Positions 9,174 to 18,125 of a DNA stretch of 57,521 nt are shown here, piece by piece. A model generated the notes under the pieces. That model saw nothing but the letters and a program-made list of their open reading frames with translations, was not told the origin of the DNA and ran no database searches. Numbering within the stretch: the stretch's first letter is position 1; each line of letters begins with the position of its first letter. Where the stretch lies: the NCBI GenBank assembly GCA_963575745.1, contig CAUYUJ010000019.1:62001-119521 (forward strand), read 5' to 3'. The position numbers were made by a program, and so were the translations under genes. Source of the stretch: Prorocentrum cordatum (Eukaryota).

Positions 9174-12100
9174 GAGGTTGAGGAGGTGGAGGTGGAGAGG
9201 CCAATCGTTGAGAGGCCTCTCCGAAGGAGGAGGTGGAGAGGTTAAGGAGGTTAAAGAATGAGGCCAACCGTCTACGCAGAAGTTATCGACGTGATATGAT
9301 TATGTGCAGATGTCCCCCAACAAAGCGTAAGGTCATATATATTATCAAACATTTAGTGGTGGATGGGAGGGAGACGGAGGACCGTGAGGAGTGGAAGGAG
9401 GAGCTCGACAAGTTCGTTCGTTTCAAGGTGTCGTCCGAGGAGGTACGCAATTCCACCAACAGTATGATGGAGGAGATCAGGATGAGGGCTGTACATGAGG
9501 TACGATCCACATCAGTTGTGGGAATTAGTATGGCGCTGCTTCTCAGAGCACGGGCTCGGCTGAAGACCCAGAGGGCTACTGGGCCAGATGGGATACCGTG
9601 CGAGATTCTTAGGAGCTTGCCGTGGTGTGCTCTCAGAGCGATCCAGAAGTTGTTCGATAAAATCATCAAGCTCACGACTCCGTATCCTCAGTCGTGGCGT
9701 GAGATCCTCGTCTCTTTTATGCCAAAAAAATTCCAGGGATTACTAAGTTAAAAGACGGTCGTTTGCTTTGTATGCAGAATGCTGTTTCGAGATGGTTCAG
9801 TTTCTGTATTGTTCTCCTGGTTGAGGGCCATATTGAAAGAAACGGAGTGTTTCGTCATATTGGGTTGTATGGTTTCCAGGAACATCTTCGTACACACGAA
9901 ATCACGGCTAGCATCAAACATATAGGTCAACATGCTGCACACTGGGGAAAAGGGGAAACGGCACACTTGGCGAACGCTGATGTCCTCCAGGCGTTCGATC
10001 ACTGCACGGTGGCCAATGTCAGGCGCGGGTTGGATCATGCGAGTGTGCCCCTGTGCCTACAGTATGCTCTACTTAACCCCTTGTGTGAATGTGTAGGCAC
10101 TGTCTATTATGATGGGATTGAGGTTTTTGGAGGTAAGGTGGGACAAATGTATTCGGACGGGAGGGCCTGAGGGCCCATTGGCTTTCAATCTTATTGTTGC
10201 TGCTATGTGGAGTTCCACGATTCGAGAATGGGACGTACTAGGACTATGTTATCGTATTGAGTTTGCGACTGGCTCGACTAGCTGTGTTTCGATTATTACT
10301 CACTTCCTTTGGGCGGACAACTGTTATGTTCTGGCTCGGAGTCGAGAGGAACTCACGCGCATGTTACACGGTCTAACTACACAGTTACGTGACTATGGTA
10401 TGAAATGGAAAGAGTCCAGTCTATTGTACATGGTGTTCGGGGTTGATTCTCCGCGAGATGCGGAAGGGGAAATATTACGCACTGCTGATCTTGTTCTCTC
10501 GATGGGGTCGGAGGATTCGGGAGTGTATCGATTTAGAAGAGTGACGGAGATGGAGGTGCTTGGGGCTCATATTTGTTCTGAACTACATGTGAATGAGCAT
10601 CCAGATTTGGATGCTAGTATTGACTCTGCTCGCAGGGCTTTCTGGGGGCAGGCGACCTTCTTCCGCTCCACGGCCATCCCGTTGAAAGATAAGTATGAGA
10701 GGTATGCACAGAGGGTTCAGAGTATTGTTCTCTACGCGGCGGAAGGTTGTACGGTCGACTCTAGTTCATTGAGTGCCCTTCATATCTTTGAGGGTAAGTT
10801 CCTGGCTGTCATGTCTCGTTGTATACGGAGGGAAGGGGAAAGTTATCAGGAATGGAATACGAGGAGGTATGCACGTGCGAGACAAAAATTTCATGCTGCA
10901 CACTATGCGGGTATTGTACAGAAGTTTCTCAGAGTGCATTGGATGTGGGCAATCGATGTCCATGATTTTGCCCATAGGTTGATCACAGATCAGGAGGCGC
11001 TGAAGGCAAACTCGACAAGAGCTTGGAGAGATTCTCGTTTCTCATGCCTGGCGTTTGGCCGACTGTGGGATAGAATGAGGACAGATTCAAGCGAGGCTCT
11101 CAGATGTTGGGGGAAATGGAAGGAGGCCAGCTCAATGACACGACATCGTGGGGGACAGGAGAGTGTAGGACTTCGTCCGTGGTACTGTTCATTGGAATCG
11201 TTTTATGGTTTATCCTGGTGGGAGTTCTTTGCTGGAAGTTTTGAACATTTCATGGATTTCGCTGCACATGTTTGTTCTAGTACTATGTTGAAGTATTTCC
11301 AAAAGAAATGCAAAGGCTTGGCGTCCTCAGGAGTGCCTGTGTTCTTGAACTTGGATGAGGATGGAGGGGTTCATATAGGTCAGGATCGGGAGGATACACC
11401 AGCTTATAGGGATCGTCTCAGCAAACGTATCGCGTTGCATAACATGCGTTGCACACAGTGGGACCTCGAAACGGATGGGATACCACTGGATATCCAGGGG
11501 GATTCACTGCTTGTGATTAACTGGCTCTGCGGGAAATGGAAAGTATTAGCTCAGGTATATCAGAAAAGGGTGGATACTCTGATTAATAAGTTGGACGAGA
11601 TGCAGGACACATACTCGGTGAGGCCTCCAGAGGCTGGCCGTGACTTCTTCTCTCATTCTTTTCGGGAATGGAACCAGAGAGCTGACTTACTGACCCATCA
11701 GGCCCGTCAGGGCCACGTGTAGGCCGAGTTCACTTACCTCGGCGATTTTGAATCTCAGTGTTATATTCCTTGCCTTATCAAAGCCGGCTTTGATGGGGGC
11801 GTTTGTAGCCGCGGAAGTGCCTGTGGAGTGTGGATACAGATAGGTCTGCGAAACAAATATATCTTCTCGCGGACCGACATCATTTCAAGGATGTGTATCT
11901 TGCGGCTTGGTGTCTGCCACCAAGCGCCACTGTCACAGATACGGAACTTTCAGCGGCGGAGCGCATATGCGATGTGCTCCCACAGGTTGTGCAGACCTTC
12001 TTTGATCATTCGCAGTGATAAGTCACACATTGTTTCATCTTTATCTGTGTTCTTGTTTATTCCAACAGCTTCGCTGTTCATTACTCATTCGTTTGTCTTT

Positions 12101-12275
12101 TGTGTGCTTTGCGTTTGATTGTGTCATTGCGGGCATGTGATTCTCTTTATTCCTTCAGCTTCGCTGTTGTGTTATAAGAGCTGACTGCTTGCGTGATAAG
12201 TAAGAGGCTCTGTTTCGCCTGATACTTTGTTGGACCTGGCCTTAGTGGCCAAGACGGTCCCAGCAAAGACGCAAA
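9174..12275 (+). mobile_element. 5'-truncated non-LTR retrotransposon (RT + RNase H) inserted in the hairpin loop, 12-bp TSD
   Basis: RT motifs ATGPDGIP, LYGF, ADVLQAFD, IRTGGPEGP, FLWADN and VLGA across ORFs 9233-9751, 9763-10170 and 10109-11722 (frameshifts near the A-run ~9724 and T-run ~10124). T-rich 3'UTR and short A tail. TSD AAGAAAGG(C/T)TGA at 9162-9173 and 12276-12287. Confidence 0.9.
11489..12018 (+). pseudogene. RNase H domain of the non-LTR element, motifs in permuted order
   Basis: IQGDSLLVINW (11498), HSFREWNQRAD (11654-11686), then after a TAG in the same frame AGFDGG..ACGVWI (11789), then after a frameshift TVTDTELSAA (E at 11944). Confidence 0.75.
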
Positions 12276-12309
12276 AAGAAAGGTTGACGGTTTGCCGCCG
12301 CCGCCCAGT

Positions 12310-12440
12310 GGAATATATACCTCGTAGAGCTCTTCGGCATCGATGAGCTAGAGGAATTCCGGCGCGGGGTGGAGCTAGTACCTCGTAGAGCTCTTCGTCA
12401 CCGATGAGCTAGAGGAATTCCGGCGCGGGGTGGAGCTAGT
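12310..12440 (+). repeat. Partner end motif (61-bp unit, two tandem copies) abutting the hairpin terminus
   Basis: ACCTCGTAGAGCTCTTC..GAGCTAGAGGAATTCCGGCGCGGGGTGGAGCTAGT at 12319 and 12380. Related copies at 26325(+), 18741(+, partial), and about 8493-8561, 21407-21467, 22905-23025 and 24739-24784 (-). Confidence 0.8.
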
Positions 12441-12629
12441 TCGCCGACCCGACCAACAGAGACAATGTGGCACATTTGGGTCGGTTTTGCTAAGATTTGA
12501 AAGATATTCGACAATTCATTTTAAGAAACCAGTTTTTTCGCACCTGTAGTTGGATATGCCGCGTTTGCCAGTCAAATTGTCAGGTCCGTAGGTGCAGTAT
12601 TACGATCAAAACACTTGGAGCAGCCGACT

Positions 12630-13160
12630 GTGTTCCGAGTCATCTTGACACGCGTCCACGGTTTTCTGTACTTAACTCGAGATTTCGGAGAGCTATAGAG
12701 CTGATACTTAGAGAAACCGATTCAGAATCATCAGGCTTTTTCGTCTGTTGCATCCAGAGGTCTGAGCTCGGTTTGCTACTCGAGATAGGTCCGTAAAACT
12801 TTTTGTATTCTTCGAGTGATTTTGACCAGTGATGTCGGTTTTATTTACTCAACTCAAGATTCCGAGGAGCTAAAGAGCTGGTGCGCACATAAACCAATTC
12901 AGTATCACCAGGCGCGTCCGTCTGTTGCAATAAGAGGCCTGGACTCGATCTGCTACTCGAGCTAGGTCCACGACACTATTCGTATTTCTCAAGTTCTCTT
13001 TACAGGCGCTGTGGGTATTCTGTACATAACTCGAGCTGTAGCACAGCCACTGAACTGGTACGCACAGAAAGCGATCTAGAATCATCCGGGGCATTCGGCT
13101 GAAGCATGGAGAGCTCTGAAGAGAGTCCGCTACTCTCGAGCTAGGTCCGCAAAACTGTTC
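12630..13160 (+). repeat. ~177-bp tandem repeat, about 3 copies
   Basis: CGTCTGTTGCATCCAGAGGTCTGAGCTCGG at ~12742, a similar unit at ~12919 and a degenerate one at ~13096. Confidence 0.85.
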
Positions 13161-13257
13161 GTAGGCGACCGATTTTTTAAGAGTTTTTTGGCCCTCGCTT
13201 TAGAAGTTTCCTTCGCGTATTTTGAGGAGCGCTGAGCAAGAAAAGAGGTCTACGAGG

Positions 13258-13899
13258 TTCACGATATGAGGGCTCTTTGGCTTGAGCTACACCGGCTCCC
13301 GACACAGGAGTTTCAGCGTAGGACTGAGGCTCTTAATGCATACAGGCTGCAATTGGGAATTGAAAGTTCCGAGGAGGATGATTCGCAACGAGGGGGTCCT
13401 CAGAGTTCTACTTCCAGGAATGCATTGACGCGGAGCGGCAAGAAGCATCGGAAACGGCAGAGATGTTGCACATGCGATTGATCCTGCACGCTTGATTTGT
13501 CATTGCGTTGCCTTTCTTCATTGATTGAGTGCATTCGTTGCTTCCTTGAACGTGACTTTCCGTGATTTGTCACGTGGTGCCTCAAAGTCGGCCTTTGAAC
13601 CTCGCTGTTTTTCACTTTGTTTCACTTTCTTACCTGCATTCTGTCCTTTACTCTCTTGTACATTCTCAGTGGTGTTGAGACGGTAATCGCTGTATAAACC
13701 TGTGGTTACTGTATGGTCTCTCACTGCTTTTATTGTCAGTGAATCTTTGAGTTACATTCTCGTGTATTGTATACTTGTGCATTCCTGTACAGCTGCGCTG
13801 TTTGTGCACTTGTACTTAATCTCTGCAGCTTCGCTGCTTAGGTTCTTTGTGTTTAGGCCTGCTCCCATGGGAGCTCGAACCGGCCTTCGCAAAAAAAAA
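13258..13899 (+). mobile_element. Short retroposed insert (3' remnant or non-autonomous partner) ending at the hairpin-loop target site
   Basis: Preceded by the end-motif remnant GAGGTCTACGAGG (13245-13257). Short ORF 13266-13481, T-rich UTR, nested stem-loop 13855-13886, A9 tail, then CCTGGTTGA. Confidence 0.6.
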
Positions 13900-13908
13900 C
13901 CTGGTTGA

Positions 13909-14812
13909 AGTTTTTGGATTTGATGTTTCACAATCTCGTGCGTACTTCAGGATTTATCGCGAGTGGCCGTCGTGCGGAATTGAACAGAATCAGAGACCTT
14001 TGGAATGATATGTTTGTTGCTATGGAGCGGGACTTCCTGCGGGAGGAGAGGAGGATGAAGGAGTGGACTTCGGCTATGGTTGGGAAAGGTGTGGGAAGGT
14101 GCTGCAAGATTTTCTTTGGCCAGGTTCCGAGCGCACCAAAGCCGCCAGGTGATGGCGGTTCTTCAAGCGTTTACAAGGCCGCTTTGGAGGAGCATCGACA
14201 AACACATCTGCAGAACGAGCAGTGTGAAGCTACGCTTGACATGATTTTTCGTTTAGATGAGACCCAGAGGGGCCTGCTGGGAACGTGGATGAAAGTCGAG
14301 CGCAATCTGAATGATCCCGAACGTCTCCAGTGTAGTTTCAATCTCTGTCATGTAACTTGTCATAGGAAACGGAGTGGAAGGTTGACTCGGGATGAAGATG
14401 AGGCGATGACGTCGCTCATGACTTCTGTATTTCCCTCGGCGTAATTTCTTTGTTTGGGGTGCGCACCATTCTCCTACATTCTTTGGTTTGTGCAGGTTCT
14501 TCCTTTGATGGAGATATCGTAGCACGGTCGGTTGTCGCATCATCGATGTGCCTCTGCGGTTTCGACATACTTCGGACTTTGTGTTTGCGTTGACTCTTGC
14601 CATGCTGTGTGTGTGTGTGTGTGTGTCGGGCATGCGCGCATCTTGGTATAAGAGCTCCGCGTGCTTTTCACTTTGTTCGGAATAAGAGTTTCGCATGTGC
14701 CCACTTCCGCTCAAAGAGTGGTGGGTGTCTTGCCTGACTCTGTATGCCGCCCTTTTTCCTGCTAGCGACTGGGCCTGACGGCCCGCGCAGTCGTCCGCAA
14801 AGACCGCAAAAA
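13909..14812 (+). mobile_element. Second short retroposed insert at the same site, 12-bp TSD
   Basis: TSD AA(A/G)CCTGGTTGA at 13897-13908 and 14811-14822, followed by the right half of the hairpin (CGGTTTACCGCCGG). Frame open from the junction to 14444, T-rich UTR, nested stem-loop 14765-14794, tail CCGCAAAGACCGCAAAAA. Confidence 0.7.
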
Positions 14813-14843
14813 GCCTGGTTGACGGTTTACCGCCGGTTCCAAG

Positions 14844-17800
14844 TTGGCCTTGGGCGAGGAGGACGTCGATGGGGCCCGGGCCACTGCTGGCGCTCGTCGC
14901 AGCGGCTGGGGCGGAGTGCTCGACTCTGCCAGGCGAACTGTCATCAAGCTCACGACCAGCTCGCACCGGGCGCTCCTGAAGAAGCTGCCCGAGATGATGT
15001 TTCAGAGGCAGTATGGCCACGAGTACTATTGCTCTCATCACACCTGGACTTTGTATTGCAAGGGGATCGTGGCGCTGGCGTTCCAGGCAAGCTCCGCCGT
15101 TCATCACAAAATGGACGACTTCTGGACGGACCCGCGCGCAGACCAAATCGAGGTGGACCAGCTGGCCGCGGGAGAAGAGGACGGCGAGGGGGGGGGGGCG
15201 GCATCGTGGATGCGCTGGGCGACGGGCGCGCAAGGCTGCACGCCGAGGTCGTCGACGGCGTTGTCGGGGAGGGCGCGGCCGCCGGTACTGCTGGGGAGGG
15301 GAAGCCCGAGCAGGAGCAGCAGCAGGCGGTGGAATGCAAGGCGCGGCTGGACCACGACATGAAGATAAACTGGCTGCATCGTGGCGACAGGGGCCCCCTG
15401 AAGTCCATGGACATGTACCATTACGCCATGTACGTGTACACGGCGCAGGCCAACCCGCTCCACTTCGACCCGCAGGACTTCGAGACGTACGCGTTCGCGG
15501 GCACGCACCCAACTGCCACCTTCCGAGTGCAGAAGCTCCGCGTCGGCGCGCCGTTCAGGGTGCCCAAGTTCTTCGGCTTCGCGATGCCATCGAAGGAGAA
15601 AGAGGCAGAGGTGAACGCGCTGTTCAAGTCTGTGATCTTTCGTCCGTTGCAGCCTGCTGAGAAGGGGGCTGCGGCCTGGGCGCCCTACAGGGCCGGTGTC
15701 GACGCGTCTGGGAAGCATAAGCCTGCCTGGGAGGAGTGGTGGGCCAAGCAGTTGGCGTTGTCCAGGCAGTGGGAGGAGTGCGAGCGGCGAGCTGGAAAGT
15801 GGTTCACGATCGAGGACATCGATCTGAACCGGGGCTCAGAGGATGGCCTGAGCCATTTTGCACAGCGCCCCAGCGCCGCCGAGTTCATGGCACGCTGGAC
15901 CGTGCAGGTCGCGACGAACCTCGACGTGGAGGCGGAGGCGAAGGAGCGGCCGCGAACCAAGGTCCGTCTGGAGTCCAAGGACTTCGAGCAGTCTGCTGAG
16001 CTGGAGGCAATGGGAATCGGCTTGCGGGGAGGCAGACGAGGAGGGGGGGGCGGGCGCCGGCGGCGGAGCGCTGGGCGGTTTTGCTCAGGAAGTGGACGAG
16101 GGCGAGGCGGACGAAGCGTGGGCGGCGCACCGACAGATGCCCGCGCACGCCGTGAAGGATAGCGAGGTGCCCGCGGTGGCCCAGTTGGAGCTTATTCGTG
16201 GGTCATCACAAAGCTTGGTCTATAAGAATATCTTCCTTGACGGCTATGCGAAAGACCATAAGCCGCAGCCTGCTGCCGCGAGTACTGGAATGTAGACCGG
16301 CTTCCGGTCTCGAGTTGGACGACTCTCAGTTCGAGGAGGGCAAAGCACAGCAGAAGGAGGCGTTCCGATACAGGAAAAAGGGAGCAGAGGGCTTGCCTGG
16401 GGATGGCGACGGGCGGAGCGGCCTCGCGGGTTCGGCGCCTGCCGTGCTCGTTCCTGGTCGGCCGCCGGCGCCCGCGGTTGCCGGCGACGAGAAGTGGCCG
16501 CCGCGGGCGCGCGACATCGCGGAGAGGCTGTTTGACGAGTGGGCGAACAGGGCGGAGAACCCCGTGACGTTCAATAAGGAGCAGAAGGCGGTGGTCGCCC
16601 CGGTCGTGGGCCAGGTGGAGGCCATCGTGGCATGCAACCAAGATCTGGACAGCGGAAAAAGCCCTAAGCCGGTGGAGCAGATGGCTCTCCTGTTGCACGG
16701 GGAGGGCGGGGCGGGGAAGACGGAGGTGGTGAAACTGCTGCGACGTCTGCTCAACGAGGTGTTCGGCGCGGGATCGGAGATCGCCGTGGCCTCGTCGAAC
16801 AGCGCTGCGCGCGTCATCGGGGGGGGGCGATCCACGGCGGCTTCGGGCTGAGCGGCCAACAGGCCATGGACATCAGAACGCTGTCTGGCCAGAAAGTCGA
16901 TGACATCGTGGACCGCATGAACGACCTCAAGGCCGTCATCGTGGAGGAGGTGTCCATGGTGCCGCCCCAGCTTCTCGGCGCTGCATCGTTTCGCGTGTGC
17001 AAAGCCCGTAAGGCTCAGTATAATTGCGATGTGAATCTGTACATGGCGCGGGGCCACATGTTCGGGAGGGTAAAAAAAAATATCAGTTGGGGCCGGTGAG
17101 CGGCAAGGGCAGAAGGTCTCCCTTGCTGCAGCCCGAGGCGCCGGTTCACGTCCGCAATGGGCAGTCCATGTTCCTGGACGGGGTCACCCACGCGATGTTT
17201 CTGTGCGAGACGCACCGCTTCAAGGACCGTCTCGTTACTCCGCACGCGCCCTGCCCTTTCATGCCCAGCTTCTTGAAGACCATGAGGCAGGGCAAAAAGT
17301 TTACGGCCGAGCAGAAAAGGATGGTGCAAAAGTGGGTGGTCCGACCTGGTAAGAACGACAAGCGGTTGCAGGACCCCCATGTCAAGGACGGGTTCGAGAT
17401 GGGCATCGCCTGGGAGGCCGTGCACAGGCAGATGCAGTATCGGGCCGTGCGAGAGGCCAGGGAGAAAGGGCAGATGCTGCTGTACGTGCAGGCCGTGGAC
17501 CTGCCTCCAAGGCCATTCGGTGCGGAGCATCACGAGGCCATGCTGCAGGTGCCGAACGTGAACAACACTGGCCACCTCATCGGCATGTGCCCGCTGTGCA
17601 TCGGCATGCGTGTGCGGTTGAACGTGAAGTTGTCGGCGAAGCACCAGATCGTCCAGGACGCCGTGGGTGAAGTCGTGGACGTGAGGTTCCACCCGCGAGA
17701 GTTCGAGACGCCAGACGCGGATTGGCGCGAAAAGAAGCTTCACGACGCCCACCGGCTCGGATATTATCGATGCAAACGTTTGCCGCGCGGTGTCCTCGTC

Positions 17801-18125
17801 AGGTTTGATGGCCTCGAGAAGGACTTTGGGTTCGGAAAAGGGGTCGTGCTGATCGCGCCGCGCAGGGCGTCCTGGGAGTGGAACCATCACTACGAAGACG
17901 AAGGCGAGCGAAAGCTTCGGAAGGCGAAGGTTACGAGGTACCAGATCCCGTTGCTGCCGGAGAAAGTTCGTACCGTGCAGACTGCACAGGACATGGCATT
18001 GATGCGGCCACCATGGTGCTCCAGAAGCCCATGAACATGGGCGCCGATGACTGGTGGCTACACCTGTACGTCATGCTCAGTTGCGTTCGCGTGGCCCACC
18101 GCGTGCTCGTCTACAACCTGCCACG
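14844..18125 (+). pseudogene. Helitron-type RepHel fragment: post-Rep region plus PIF1-family SF1B helicase, frameshifted and truncated
   Basis: GHEYYCSHHTW, WLHRG..MDMYHY, FAGTHP..VQKL, VIFRP. Walker A LLLHGEGGAGKT, ASSNSAARVIGG, Walker B VIVEEVSMV, YQLGPV, ETHRFKD, GMRVRLNVKL, RYQIPL..TVQTAQ, LYVMLS. Several frameshifts at G homopolymers (15188, 16043, 16819). Confidence 0.88.

Noticed and set aside
15188..16827. Programmed frameshifts in the helicase at G runs
   Set aside because: There are multiple homopolymer-associated shifts plus other lesions, so slippage decay or sequencing error is more likely.
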